Shown: positions 37,039 to 47,521 of the stretch, in pieces
How positions within the stretch are numbered: the first letter of the stretch is position 1
Layout: each line of letters begins with the position of its first letter
Notes under the pieces: generated by a model
What the model was told of the DNA's origin: nothing
Seen by the model: the letters and a program-made list of their open reading frames with translations, nothing else
Databases searched by the model: none
Program-made: the position numbers and the translations under genes
Virus record (IMG/VR): IMGVR_UViG_3300021091_000002
DNA length: 64,000 nt
Direction: 5' to 3' (one strand)
Source: an uncultured virus (IMG/VR IMGVR_UViG_3300021091_000002)
Taxonomy: Duplodnaviria > Heunggongvirae > Uroviricota > Caudoviricetes

Positions 37039-37850
37039 TTTACCCCTACATTAAACTGGTACTTCCCTCAGCCCTAGCAAACCACAAGAACGGCCAGCTC
37101 CCCCAAGAGCTGCTTGCCAAGGTGAAAACTGGTGGGTTGATGTACAAACCTGCCGCTGAGCAGTTCAATAAGATGTACGATGCAGCTCTTGCTGCCGGTC
37201 ACAAGCTCAAGAACGTCGGTGACTACCGCTCGTTCCAGGGTCAGCTGAACATGTTCATGGACCGGTACACCACTACTGACCAGGGACGTAAGCCCCAGGT
37301 TACCCGCCAGTACGAAGGCAAGACCTGGTACCTCAAGCCCGGTAAGGCTCCCAGCGCTGCACCAGATCCCACTGGTAAGAAGGGTTCCAACCACGGTTGG
37401 GGCCTTGCCATTGACCTTGGTTACGAGGCTGGTGGCAAGCTTCAGTCCATGGGCGGAGCTTGCTTTGAGTGGATGTGCGCCAACGCCCCTAAGTGGGGTT
37501 TCTACCTTCAGACTGGTGACAAGAACTCCAAGGAGTTTGAGTCCTGGCACTGGCAGTACTGTCTTGGTGATAAGACCCCAGACGGCTCTGTAGCAGCTCC
37601 AGTAGAGGCTCTAGTACCTTCTGGTGGTTCTCCAGAGGCGGGCCCCATGAAGTTTGACTATCCTGGCACCCCAATCAAACGTGGCTCTAAGGGCCCAGCT
37701 GCCGCTCTTGTACAGGCCATTATTGGTGCTACCCCTGACGGGGACTTTGGCCCCCGCTCAGAACAGTCTCTAAAGGCATGGCAGACCGCTAACGGCCTAA
37801 AAGTAGACGGTGTAGTCGGGCCTGTAACATGGAAGAAGATGTTTGGCTGA
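37035..37850 (+). CDS. endolysin: M15-family Zn peptidase plus PG_binding_1 domain
   Basis: YRS..Q, SNHGWGLAID, ESWHW; DGDFGP...WQ..NGL.VDGVVGP.TW. Confidence 0.9.
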   Translation: MIYPYIKLVLPSALANHKNGQLPQELLAKVKTGGLMYKPAAEQFNKMYDAALAAGHKLKNVGDYRSFQGQLNMFMDRYTTTDQGRKPQVTRQYEGKTWYLKPGKAPSAAPDPTGKKGSNHGWGLAIDLGYEAGGKLQSMGGACFEWMCANAPKWGFYLQTGDKNSKEFESWHWQYCLGDKTPDGSVAAPVEALVPSGGSPEAGPMKFDYPGTPIKRGSKGPAAALVQAIIGATPDGDFGPRSEQSLKAWQTANGLKVDGVVGPVTWKKMFG

Positions 37851-37862
37851 TAGGAGCCTCAA

Positions 37863-38807
37863 ATGGCAGTTAGAATACAAATGCGGCGTGGTACCACTCA
37901 ACAGTGGGCTGCAGCATCCCCCGAATACGCTACATTGGCAGCTGGTGAGATTGGTGTAGACACTACATCAAAACAGCTAAAAGTTGGAGATGGCTCCACT
38001 CCATGGGCGTCTTTGCCTTTTTTTAACTCAGGAACAATAACTGGGGTAACAGCTGGCACTGGGTTAACGGGTGGTGGGACTTCAGGAGTCGTCACACTCA
38101 CTGTAGCTACGTCTGGGTCTACTGGTTTAATTACCAGAGGTACGTTAACAACCAAGGGTGATGTACTGGTTGCCTCAGCTGCAAACACACCAACAAGACA
38201 ACCAGTTGGTACAAATGGTCAAATGCTAGCAGCTGATTCGACTCAAACTACTGGTTTAACATGGGTTAACGGGGCAACACTTGCTGGATTGGAAACACTA
38301 ACAAACAAAACTTTATCAAGCCCCACTATTTCCGGTGGCACAGTAGCCGCTGCTACGGTTACAAACCCAACTGTTACTACTGGTACATTTACATCGCCAG
38401 CCTTAGTAACACCAGTATTTACTTCTCCAATAGAATCATGGAATGTTGTTGGCTCAGCACCATCGTCTACCCAAAACATAGACATTAAAACTTCATCTGC
38501 GTGGGTGTATACCAGCAATGCAACAGTAAACACTGTTCTTAATATACGTGGAGATGGTTCGACAACTCTCAACTCTATGCTTTCAAATAACCAAAGCATC
38601 ACAGTTGCGGTAGGTGTAACAAACGGTTCTACACCGTACTACCCAACATCGGTAACTATTGATGGTTCATCAGTTACACCTAAATGGCAAGGCGGTACAG
38701 CACCTACAGCTGGTAGCGCAAACAGCGTAGATATTTACGCTTACACTATCATTAAAACCGCTACTAATACATACACGGTGTTTGCCTCACAGACTAAGTT
38801 TGCGTAA
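37863..38807 (+). CDS. tail fibre/minor tail protein with Mtd_N-like N-terminus
   Basis: RIQMRRGT..W....LAAGEIGVDT....KVGDG...W..L. Confidence 0.8.
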   Translation: MAVRIQMRRGTTQQWAAASPEYATLAAGEIGVDTTSKQLKVGDGSTPWASLPFFNSGTITGVTAGTGLTGGGTSGVVTLTVATSGSTGLITRGTLTTKGDVLVASAANTPTRQPVGTNGQMLAADSTQTTGLTWVNGATLAGLETLTNKTLSSPTISGGTVAAATVTNPTVTTGTFTSPALVTPVFTSPIESWNVVGSAPSSTQNIDIKTSSAWVYTSNATVNTVLNIRGDGSTTLNSMLSNNQSITVAVGVTNGSTPYYPTSVTIDGSSVTPKWQGGTAPTAGSANSVDIYAYTIIKTATNTYTVFASQTKFA

Positions 38808-40303
38808 TGCCCCTAGTATCCACCTTTTCTTCTGGGTCTTCACGATCCCTAGGTCTTGGCAGTGGTATAAGACCGGGAGCCCCAACAATAACTGGTATTG
38901 CATATTTGAATGGTACTACCGGTGGACGATTAGAGGTGTCGTTTACTGCTGGTACGGTTGGTACAACAGCCACAACTGACTATCAATACTCAATAGACAA
39001 CGGTTCAACGTGGGTAACTAGATCTGGCACTGCATCTCCAGTAGTTATTACTGGATTAACAAACGGTACAAGCTATACAATAAGGCTACGTGCTGTTAAC
39101 TCAATTGGAGCCTCCGAACAATCCAACTCTACGATTGGTCGTCCAGTTGCCCTACCCGGTGCACCGACAGTTACTGTTACAGAACATGCTACTGATAATG
39201 GTAAACTAAGCGTTGCTGTCACGGCAGGAACTGCTGGTACTGACAACCTAAACGGTAGCACCCCGTATGAGTACAGTTTGAACTCTGGAGGTACTTGGAC
39301 TGGTGTGTCATCTGCTAACTTTACGATAAGTGGGTTAGCTGATGAAGCTTCTTATACTGTAACTGTGCGAGCGATTACAACAAATAATGACAGATCTACA
39401 AATGGTAGTGGTACCGGATCAACAAAGGCAATTGCCCCAGTTGTCCCACAACCGTCAGTTTCTATTAATGGTACAACTGTCACAGTTTCATGGGGTGCAA
39501 TAACAGACGCTCATAGTGGTGTTGCATCAGCAACTCTTCATGAACTATTTTTTGGAAGTTCCAGCGGATTTGTTTCCGGATCAAGCTATGTAATACCGTC
39601 TAATAAGTGGTCTGGTTCTTCAACTACATTCACAACACCCTCCAATAGACGCGCTACACCAGGAGGAGAATCTTGGCTAGTTGTGTATTATATAGTTGCT
39701 ACTGACAATGTAGGTAAGTCAGGTCAAGGACCAGGTTCTGTTACTAGATGGACTAAACCTCTCGGTACTTTCTACGTAAAAGCAAAAGGGTGGGGAACCT
39801 GGGGGAGCAGCAGTGGTTGGAGAAACGATCCTCAAAGTCTCGTTTCTGTATTATCTGGGTGGCTCAACACTACCTATGGATATCAGTACGGCTATTGGTT
39901 CTATGGTTCAAGCGTTAGTGATGTAACAAAGGGATTTATCCCTGATAGTGCAACTTTTCGCACACTTAGAGGAACAGCGGATGGTTGTTCAGGAGCTGTT
40001 GTTGCTTTTGCAACACACAACTATGCGTCACCACCTGCTGGCGCACCTGTCAACGACACAGCCTATTGGACAACTGGAACATCACAAACGCAAGGCAACG
40101 CGAGAGAGTTTACACTAACCTCGGGAACACGTGGTCGCATGGCAGTTGATAGTGACTTTGGAATGTTTATGTATCCTGGAAATGCTGATGGTAGTATAAA
40201 CGGAACAGCTGCTACTACCTGTTCCAATGGAACTACTTATCGTGTTTTTAATTCACCTTGGGGTGATGCAGACTCTGGCAGACTAACAATAGTATTCAAC
40301 TAA
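38807..40303 (+). CDS. fibronectin type III repeat virion protein
   Basis: PGAPTIT...YQYSIDNG...GLTNGTSYTIRLRAVNSIG.S repeats. Confidence 0.8.
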   Translation: MPLVSTFSSGSSRSLGLGSGIRPGAPTITGIAYLNGTTGGRLEVSFTAGTVGTTATTDYQYSIDNGSTWVTRSGTASPVVITGLTNGTSYTIRLRAVNSIGASEQSNSTIGRPVALPGAPTVTVTEHATDNGKLSVAVTAGTAGTDNLNGSTPYEYSLNSGGTWTGVSSANFTISGLADEASYTVTVRAITTNNDRSTNGSGTGSTKAIAPVVPQPSVSINGTTVTVSWGAITDAHSGVASATLHELFFGSSSGFVSGSSYVIPSNKWSGSSTTFTTPSNRRATPGGESWLVVYYIVATDNVGKSGQGPGSVTRWTKPLGTFYVKAKGWGTWGSSSGWRNDPQSLVSVLSGWLNTTYGYQYGYWFYGSSVSDVTKGFIPDSATFRTLRGTADGCSGAVVAFATHNYASPPAGAPVNDTAYWTTGTSQTQGNAREFTLTSGTRGRMAVDSDFGMFMYPGNADGSINGTAATTCSNGTTYRVFNSPWGDADSGRLTIVFN

Positions 40304-40313
40304 GGAGTATCTC

Positions 40314-41039
40314 ATGGCTAATGAGCCCATGGACCCGGAGACAAAACAGAGACTTAATGCTTTAAAGAAAAGAAAAAGACTAGGTACTAGTCTAGAAGAG
40401 ATTCTTGAGAAAAGTGAGGAGTCTGAAGTCCTTGCTAAAACGTTGTTTACAGACACAAGCTTAGACGACTTAGACGAATCAAACACAGACGAATCAAACA
40501 CAAGCTTCGACGACTTAGACGAATTATGCAAAGAATTAGCTAGTAGAATGACTAGAGAACTTGATGAAATAGTTGAGTTTGGCCAAGCTGAGGAGTACGC
40601 TGAAGGTACGTCTTTAATGAGCACAAGAGTTAAAAGTATGAAGTTTATGGCTATGTTTGAAAAAGTCACATGTGACCAAATTAAAACTATTAACGATTGG
40701 GAAACACTTGTAAAAGATGAAGACATACCCAGGATTGCTCAAGAACTAGGGTTAGAGGGAACATTAGAAGTTGTATTTTGGAAGTGGGGGTCAGTTTATC
40801 ATTACGGACCAGGTGAAAACTTTCCTTATACAGAATTTTATCTATGTAAATCAGGGCGAGTAGCTTCAATAGGTCGTAAGATACTGGATTGGGAAAGAGA
40901 CTACGGCTTTTCCCGAATAGATGCAGGTTCACCACCGGGTGATGTAGCAGAGCGTAAAAAGACAAAACAAGCTAGAGAAGAGTTTATTGATATGGCATCA
41001 CAATATGGTGTAAACGTTCGTTCAAGAAAGAGAAGTTAG
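40314..41039 (+). CDS. hypothetical protein, C-terminal domain weakly KTSC-like
   Basis: GTLEVVF..GSVYHY...F...SIGR. Confidence 0.55.
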   Translation: MANEPMDPETKQRLNALKKRKRLGTSLEEILEKSEESEVLAKTLFTDTSLDDLDESNTDESNTSFDDLDELCKELASRMTRELDEIVEFGQAEEYAEGTSLMSTRVKSMKFMAMFEKVTCDQIKTINDWETLVKDEDIPRIAQELGLEGTLEVVFWKWGSVYHYGPGENFPYTEFYLCKSGRVASIGRKILDWERDYGFSRIDAGSPPGDVAERKKTKQAREEFIDMASQYGVNVRSRKRS

Positions 41040-41043
41040 CAAG

Positions 41044-41370
41044 TTGATAATATTTACTATTCTAATAATAATCTTGTCTTTATACATGCTGCTTAGAGAC
41101 ACCTTAAATAGACTGCAGTCTATAGGCCCTGTTTATTGGATAACACGAGATAACACACCTAAAAAAACACCATTGTTGTCTATTGGATTTATGCGGCAGA
41201 CTAACTTTCCTTGGAAAGTAGGTAAGGGTTTACAGGTAAGTATTGGTAGGTATTCGTTTCAATTTGGTATTTGTAAAAAATCAAACCATTATGATGAAAC
41301 TGAGGGTATCCTAGGTGCCCTAGGTGGTAGGTACTTAGATACTTCAACAAGTGACATACGGGAGTGGTGA
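41044..41370 (+). CDS. membrane-anchored hypothetical protein
   Basis: N-terminal TM segment. Confidence 0.6.
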   Translation: MIIFTILIIILSLYMLLRDTLNRLQSIGPVYWITRDNTPKKTPLLSIGFMRQTNFPWKVGKGLQVSIGRYSFQFGICKKSNHYDETEGILGALGGRYLDTSTSDIREW

Positions 41371-41606
41371 TGTTTTTTAAACGAGAACAAAAACCCCAGA
41401 CACACAAAAAGCTAGCACGAATTGAAAAAATGGACACCCCATCCATCATTAATTGGATGGATCTCACGATCATGAATCTTGGTCAAACATTTGACAGCTG
41501 GCGGTATAGCGACCTTCCAGAAGAAGAGGTTGCGCAACATTTAGATATTATTAATGCTCTCTGGGATGAACTTTTGATTAGAAAAACTAGTTTAAACAAT
41601 AAATAG
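41364..41606 (+). CDS. hypothetical protein
   Basis: 80-aa ORF in operon. Confidence 0.6.
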   Translation: MVMFFKREQKPQTHKKLARIEKMDTPSIINWMDLTIMNLGQTFDSWRYSDLPEEEVAQHLDIINALWDELLIRKTSLNNK

Positions 41607-41635
41607 TGTATTATTGAGCGTACAGGAGACAACTA

Positions 41636-41935
41636 ATGGTAAATTTAAACAGAAAAACAGACAAGGTAAACCCTCTCCCGAATCGTAAGGCTTTGCTTCG
41701 TGGTAACGGGCAAGATCGTAAATACCTGCACGATCTGGTTAACAGTATTAACCACCTTGGTTATGACTTCGGGGCTGTGTCACCCATAATTTCTGGTGAA
41801 ATAGAAGATTATGGTTACTTAGTAAGTTTGCCAGATCTATTTTACTTGATCGATCGAATTTCTGAGTCTATTGGAATGCCTAAGAAACCGCTGGACATTC
41901 CTAGTCAGGGAAGCCTCTTCACAGAGGAAGTATAA
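41636..41935 (+). CDS. hypothetical protein
   Basis: SD AGGAG. Confidence 0.65.
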   Translation: MVNLNRKTDKVNPLPNRKALLRGNGQDRKYLHDLVNSINHLGYDFGAVSPIISGEIEDYGYLVSLPDLFYLIDRISESIGMPKKPLDIPSQGSLFTEEV

Positions 41936-41941
41936 TTAAGC

Positions 41942-43501
41942 ATGCAGCAAGTGGCAGAAGAGGGGTCAATACCAGAAGACATTGAAGCTCTTGAGCTTGA
42001 TGAAACATCTCAAGAGTTTATTGACCAACTTGTTATGAAATTAATCTTATTTACAGAAGAATTTTGTAACGTAACTTTCTTCCCGTACCAAATACCGATT
42101 GCTTATAGGATGATCGAGTCAATAGTTATTGGAGATGGTGAAGAAATAACACTAATTGCTACTCGTCAATCAGGTAAATCTGAAGTTCTATCAAATGTCC
42201 TTGCGTCTATGATGGTGATTCTTCCAAAATTGTCCAAGGTCTACCCAACATGGTTGGGTAAGTTTGAAAGGGGGTTTTGGTGTGGAGTGTTCGCGCCCGT
42301 TGAGGACCAGGCTGACACGGTGTTCAGTCGTATTGTTAGTAAACTCACTAGTGACCACGCACTGGATTTTCTCCTTGATCCTGAGATTGACGACAAAGCC
42401 ACATCCGGAGGATCTAGAGGAAAAGGACGAATAATAAGTCTTAAGCATTCTGGGTCTTTTTGTCGTATGCAGACCTGTAACCCTAAAGCAAAGATTGAAT
42501 CTAAAACGTATCACTTTGTTCTAGTAGATGAGGCCCAAGAGGCTGACGAGTTCATGATAACCAAGTCAATAAAGCCAATGTTGGCGTTCAACAACGGAAG
42601 TATTGCGCTTACTGGCACCGCAACCCGTAATAAATCTTATTTTTACAAAATGATACAATTCAATAGACGACGGGATGTTAACTCCCGTCGTAACCACCGT
42701 CAGTGTCACTTTGAGTACGATTGGAAAACAGCCGCAAAGTATAATGACAACTATGCAAAATTCATATCTAAAGAAAAAATAAGAATTGGAGAAGATTCGG
42801 ACGAGTTTCAGATGTCCTACTGCAATAAATGGATTCTTGAAAAAGGAATGTTTGTTTCAGATGAGCGTCTATCACGCATGTACGACCAGTCAATGGGCCT
42901 CGTAAAGCAGTGGTGGAGAACTCCGGTTGTTGTTGGTATTGACGTAGCTAGATCAAACGACTCTACTGTAGTGACAGTCTGTTGGGTTGATTGGGATCAC
43001 CCTGACGGATTTGGGTTCTACGAACACCGAGTCCTAAACTGGTTGGAGATTAATAATGAAGAATGGGAATCCCAGTATTTTGAGATTATTGACTTTCTTC
43101 GCAATTATAATGTGTACAGAATTGGTGTTGATGCCCAAGGTGTTGGCGGTGCTGTAGCAGAGAGGTTGCAAATTTTGCTTCCAAAAATTGAGGTCCTTTC
43201 TGTCACCTCAGACGCCAAAAACCAAAACGAACGTTGGGTTCATCTGACTGAACTTATACAACGTGACCAACTCATTATCCCTGGCCACTCAAAAGCACGA
43301 CGTACACGATCATGGAAACGCTTTAATCAACAAATGTCAGACCTAGAGAAAGTATACCGAGGGCCCTATTTATTAGCCTCAGCACCAGACGAAAAGGGAG
43401 CTTTTGACGACTATCCAGATTCCTTGGCTATCGCATGCGCCATGTCTGTGGCTGACACCATGCCAATGGTGACCGTATCCGAGAGTCCGTTTTTCAGATA
43501 A
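41942..43501 (+). CDS. terL: terminase large subunit
   Basis: YQ, TRQSGKS, LVDEAQ, LTGT, GIDVARSNDST, DDYPDS. Confidence 0.93.
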   Translation: MQQVAEEGSIPEDIEALELDETSQEFIDQLVMKLILFTEEFCNVTFFPYQIPIAYRMIESIVIGDGEEITLIATRQSGKSEVLSNVLASMMVILPKLSKVYPTWLGKFERGFWCGVFAPVEDQADTVFSRIVSKLTSDHALDFLLDPEIDDKATSGGSRGKGRIISLKHSGSFCRMQTCNPKAKIESKTYHFVLVDEAQEADEFMITKSIKPMLAFNNGSIALTGTATRNKSYFYKMIQFNRRRDVNSRRNHRQCHFEYDWKTAAKYNDNYAKFISKEKIRIGEDSDEFQMSYCNKWILEKGMFVSDERLSRMYDQSMGLVKQWWRTPVVVGIDVARSNDSTVVTVCWVDWDHPDGFGFYEHRVLNWLEINNEEWESQYFEIIDFLRNYNVYRIGVDAQGVGGAVAERLQILLPKIEVLSVTSDAKNQNERWVHLTELIQRDQLIIPGHSKARRTRSWKRFNQQMSDLEKVYRGPYLLASAPDEKGAFDDYPDSLAIACAMSVADTMPMVTVSESPFFR

Positions 43502-43560
43502 GAGCATAAAAACGTGGTAATCTAAATATATACACATCCATTCCAACAGGAGGATAACCT

Positions 43561-43962
43561 ATGGCTGTAGCCCCCGCCCCAATGTTCCCAGAAAAAGGTG
43601 AACCACAATTTGAGAGAGCGCTTGCTCCCAGCATTCCCATGAACCGTGGTCCACTCCGCTTTGAGGAAGGCGTAGCAACTGACACCGACGTTCCCATGGA
43701 CTTTAGCATTGGCGCCTACCAGGACACCGCCCCTTCGCCAATGCGGGTGAACCATAACAACCCCGAGATGTTTTACAAGTACCCTGAGGAGACCATGCGT
43801 GAGCGTGCCCACGTTGGCTCAGCTACCTGGATTGAAGCCCCTGACCACCTCCAAGAGTTCGTTATGGGTTCAATGGCAGGCGACGGCATGCCTCAGTTTG
43901 AGTACTCCTATAACACAGGTGGGCACATGAATCTGCCCAACAAGACGGTTGTTTCTGGCTGA
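43561..43962 (+). CDS. hypothetical protein (head-region gene)
   Basis: SD AGGAGG; GPLRFEEGVATDTDVP. Confidence 0.7.
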   Translation: MAVAPAPMFPEKGEPQFERALAPSIPMNRGPLRFEEGVATDTDVPMDFSIGAYQDTAPSPMRVNHNNPEMFYKYPEETMRERAHVGSATWIEAPDHLQEFVMGSMAGDGMPQFEYSYNTGGHMNLPNKTVVSG

Positions 43963-44000
43963 GATCTGATACAGTAGTGCTCCACCAAAAAGGAGCACTT

Positions 44001-44162
44001 ATGAATATCCTGCAGATTGCAGCAGCACTCAAATACCTTCAGCGCGTAACAGCTCGTGGAGTTGAGGAAGAGCAGGAACTCTACGCACTAATACAATCAC
44101 TTTCAAATGCGTTGCCTAACGCAAAACCTGTGTATACTACGAGTGGCACAACTGCCGCATAA
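44001..44162 (+). CDS. small hypothetical protein
   Basis: SD AAGGAG. Confidence 0.55.
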   Translation: MNILQIAAALKYLQRVTARGVEEEQELYALIQSLSNALPNAKPVYTTSGTTAA

Positions 44163-44201
44163 CCACACTCTCAAGCAGAGTGGTATCACAAGGAGTATTA
44201 G

Positions 44202-44477
44202 ATGTCAGATTCCAACGGTCTTATCAAAGACTTAATGGAGCGTCATACGGGCTCTATGAAACAAAAGTGCTCGTACACGCGCATCAAAGAAAACCTTCCA
44301 GCTGATGAAGCTGAGGCTGTAGAAAACGCAGAAAAGGCAATAAAAACGGACTCCGGTAATGGTAGAGCAAAGATTTACTCTTGCACTTGGTTGTCTGAAA
44401 TTCTAACCAAGAATGGTTACCCAGTTAGCTCAAGCACAATTTCTCGTCATATGAACGGGCGGTGTGGCTGTGAGTAA
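44202..44477 (+). CDS. small HTH/Cys protein
   Basis: LSEILTKNGYPVSSSTISRH..G.C.C. Confidence 0.65.
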   Translation: MSDSNGLIKDLMERHTGSMKQKCSYTRIKENLPADEAEAVENAEKAIKTDSGNGRAKIYSCTWLSEILTKNGYPVSSSTISRHMNGRCGCE

Positions 44478-45450
44478 CCTTATTAAAGCGTTGACCGTTG
44501 CACCTGAATGGCCTGTGGTACAGCCAGGGCCCTCTGTACGAATGCCAAAACTAACGGCAAAAGCATCATCTAACAAAGATGGGTATGAAACCTGTGTGGT
44601 TCTACCGGACATGCAAATTGGTTATTTTAGAGCTCGTTCTGGTGAGCTAGAGCCAACACATGACGAAAAAGCAATTGATATTGCGTTTTCGATAGTTAAG
44701 AATCTAAACCCAAATCTTGTGGTTTTGGTAGGAGATAATTTGGATTTTCCTGAATTTGGAAAGTACAGATTAAGCAGCGCGTATGCATTGACTACACAGG
44801 CGTCCATAGACCGGGCTACAGTACTTTGTGCTCAATTACGCACGGCTGCTCCAAACGCTAAAATAGTTTGGTTAGCTGGAAACCACGAAGAAAGATTGGT
44901 GAACTTTGTCCTCGACAACGCAAAAGCAGCGTTCGGCATCAAGCGTGGGAACACCCCTGACTCTTGGCCTGTTCTGTCTATCCCTTATCTCTGCCGTTTC
45001 GATGATTATGGGGTGGATTATGTACCGGGCTATCCGGCGGGACAATTTTGGATCAACCAAAAACTTCGAGTCATCCACGGCACAAAAGTACGAAGTAACG
45101 GGTCTACAGCGCATGCCTACCTCAACACCGAAAAATCCTCTGTACTTTATGGGCACATCCACCGCCGCGAGTGGGCGGAGCGTTCACGTGACGACTTTGA
45201 TGGACCCAAAACGATCATGGCCGCATCACCAGGTACGTTGGCCAGATGCGACGGTACGGTACCTTCCACCAAAGGGTCAATAGACTTGGACGGACGGCCA
45301 ATGACGATTGTTGAGGACTGGCAGCAGGGCATTGGTGTTGTGACTTACCAACCCGGTGAGGGAAACTTTTTCTACGAGCAAATACCGTTTCATAACGGAA
45401 CAGCATTTTTTAGAGGAAAGTTTTACAATGCACAAAACCAAAAAGTCTAA
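44464..45450 (+). CDS. calcineurin-like metallophosphoesterase
   Basis: PDMQ, GDNLD, GNHE, HG, GHIHR, WQQG. Confidence 0.85.
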   Translation: MAVSNLIKALTVAPEWPVVQPGPSVRMPKLTAKASSNKDGYETCVVLPDMQIGYFRARSGELEPTHDEKAIDIAFSIVKNLNPNLVVLVGDNLDFPEFGKYRLSSAYALTTQASIDRATVLCAQLRTAAPNAKIVWLAGNHEERLVNFVLDNAKAAFGIKRGNTPDSWPVLSIPYLCRFDDYGVDYVPGYPAGQFWINQKLRVIHGTKVRSNGSTAHAYLNTEKSSVLYGHIHRREWAERSRDDFDGPKTIMAASPGTLARCDGTVPSTKGSIDLDGRPMTIVEDWQQGIGVVTYQPGEGNFFYEQIPFHNGTAFFRGKFYNAQNQKV

Positions 45451-45787
45451 AAAATCTAAAAAACCAGCTATTCCAAAGCTTGTTTTAATTACATGGCTTG
45501 ACGCCTTTGATGGCCCTACTGGGTGGGTGGACCCCGCAGAGTACAAGCCCCACCCAGTTCGCCCAATCTCAGTTGGTTGGGTAGTAGAAGATTTTTTAAA
45601 AGACCACATTACGTTAATTGGCACATGGTTAGCAGACCGTAACGAGTTAGGTAACAAGACTTATTACAGCAATCCTGCTCATATCCCGTTAGGGATGATA
45701 CAATCAATAACATACATTGACGTTCCGAGTTCTATAGAACAACTAATCATTAATGATTTAAACACCAGGGGATTTAATGCCGATTGA
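45428..45787 (+). CDS. conserved phage hypothetical protein
   Basis: LVLITWLDA..GW..SVGW..IP.GMI. Confidence 0.65.
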   Translation: MHKTKKSKKSKKPAIPKLVLITWLDAFDGPTGWVDPAEYKPHPVRPISVGWVVEDFLKDHITLIGTWLADRNELGNKTYYSNPAHIPLGMIQSITYIDVPSSIEQLIINDLNTRGFNAD

Positions 45788-47471
45788 TTTCTGGTCACCA
45801 AGTTACAGAGCTTCTTCTAGTGATTTAACTGTTGCAATATCCCCGCTGGGTCTAGTTGAACTTGCTGATGAAGAGTTTGAAGTGCATGGACCTAGGCTAA
45901 ACCGCTATAGCGCATGTTGGGCATGGTACCTTGGTCACCACTGGTCGTATCGTCGTGAGCAGGGCGAACAGAACATCACACTAAATTACGCTAGAACTTT
46001 TGCCGATTACATTACAAACTTTTGTTTTGGTAAGGGCGTACAATGGAAAGTTCCAGAACAGAACGCTGCAATTATCCCTCACCTACTACACAAAGTTTGG
46101 GAAGTAGACAACTCTAAGCACAACGTTTTATGGGAAATGGGGCAGCTTGCCGGAGTAACAGGGGACTGCTTTGTCAAAGTTGCTTACGAAGACCCATTTA
46201 TTGACCCTCTAGGTATCACGGTTGAGGGGCGAATCAGAGTAATACCATTAAACCCCGCTCACTGCTTCCCTGAATACCACCCACATGATCGTGATCGTCT
46301 TCTGAGATTTAAGCTCAAATACCGATTCTGGGGGACTTCACCAGAAGGTACACGGCAGGTATACACATTTACTGAAATCCTTACTGATGACAGTATCGAA
46401 CAATATATCAATGATGAACTAGTGGATCAGTACCCTAACCCGATTGGCCGTGTGCCAGTAGTGCATATTCCAAATATAACTATCACGTCGTCACCTTGGG
46501 GTCAATCTGACATTTGGGACATAATCCCACTTAACCGCGAACTAAACGAAAAGATGACCGAAATATCGGACATAATTAACTATCATGCTGCTCCCGTGAC
46601 AATCATCATTGGTGCTAAGGCAAGCCAGCTAGAGCGTGGACCAAAGAAGGTTTGGGCTGGGTTGCCAAAGGATGCGTCAGTTACAAACCTAGAGTCACGT
46701 GGTGACATGGCTGGAGCTCTTCAATACATTCAGTTCCTAAAGCGTGTTATGCACGAAATAACTGGAGTACCGGAGACCGCACTTGGCCAGTTCCAACCAG
46801 TGTCTAACACTTCTGGTGTAGCTTTGTCAATTCAATATCAGCCGTTGATGAATCGCTACAACATGAAGAGAATACATTTTACAAAAGGTCTGGAAAAGAT
46901 TAACGAAATAATCATCCGAACTGCTGCAATTTTCCAACCTGAGCTTCTTATTTACGACCCCTCTAAGGCCGAAGCGCCGGAGGGTGATCAATTGCCACAA
47001 CTTGACCCAGCCGACCCTTTGACCTACAAAACTCAAGTACACTGGCCAGAACCACTCCCAGTTGATGTTCTTATTAAACTTAACGAAGCTCAGGCAAAGA
47101 TGGCGATGGGGCTTGAGTCCAAAGAAGGCGCTATGCGTATGTTGGGTGAAGAGTTCCCACGTGAAAAACTTGCTGAGATATTTGAAGAATTGCGAGATGA
47201 TGCTGTTGATCAAGGAGCGCTTGACATGCTTCGCGCACAGATCAACCAAGCGGTCATGCTCGCCACAGGCTTGCTACCCGGCCCCGAAGGTACCAGCACG
47301 GTACCCGCTGGAGGTGCTAATGTAACAAGTGCAGGTTCTCCTGCCCAACCTGGAGGCCCCTTACCGGGAACCCAGGCGACAGGCGGTCCTGTAGAAGGAA
47401 TGGTAAACAATATAGTTGCAAAGGCATACGGAGCTAGGTTTGCCCAGCGCCGTGTTCCTGACGAAGAATAA
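45777..47471 (+). CDS. portal protein (SPP1 gp6-like)
   Basis: NPIGRVPVVHIPN..WGQSDI, NTSGVAL; lies between terminase and scaffold. Confidence 0.88.
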   Translation: MPIDFWSPSYRASSSDLTVAISPLGLVELADEEFEVHGPRLNRYSACWAWYLGHHWSYRREQGEQNITLNYARTFADYITNFCFGKGVQWKVPEQNAAIIPHLLHKVWEVDNSKHNVLWEMGQLAGVTGDCFVKVAYEDPFIDPLGITVEGRIRVIPLNPAHCFPEYHPHDRDRLLRFKLKYRFWGTSPEGTRQVYTFTEILTDDSIEQYINDELVDQYPNPIGRVPVVHIPNITITSSPWGQSDIWDIIPLNRELNEKMTEISDIINYHAAPVTIIIGAKASQLERGPKKVWAGLPKDASVTNLESRGDMAGALQYIQFLKRVMHEITGVPETALGQFQPVSNTSGVALSIQYQPLMNRYNMKRIHFTKGLEKINEIIIRTAAIFQPELLIYDPSKAEAPEGDQLPQLDPADPLTYKTQVHWPEPLPVDVLIKLNEAQAKMAMGLESKEGAMRMLGEEFPREKLAEIFEELRDDAVDQGALDMLRAQINQAVMLATGLLPGPEGTSTVPAGGANVTSAGSPAQPGGPLPGTQATGGPVEGMVNNIVAKAYGARFAQRRVPDEE

Positions 47472-47521
47472 ATAGTTGTTTTAAATCAGTCATTATCAGC
47501 TCAACTAAAAGAGGTTAACTT

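Noticed and set aside
37863..38807. Diversity-generating retroelement target (Mtd-like N-terminus)
   Set aside because: No reverse transcriptase or TR/VR repeat pair is seen in the window
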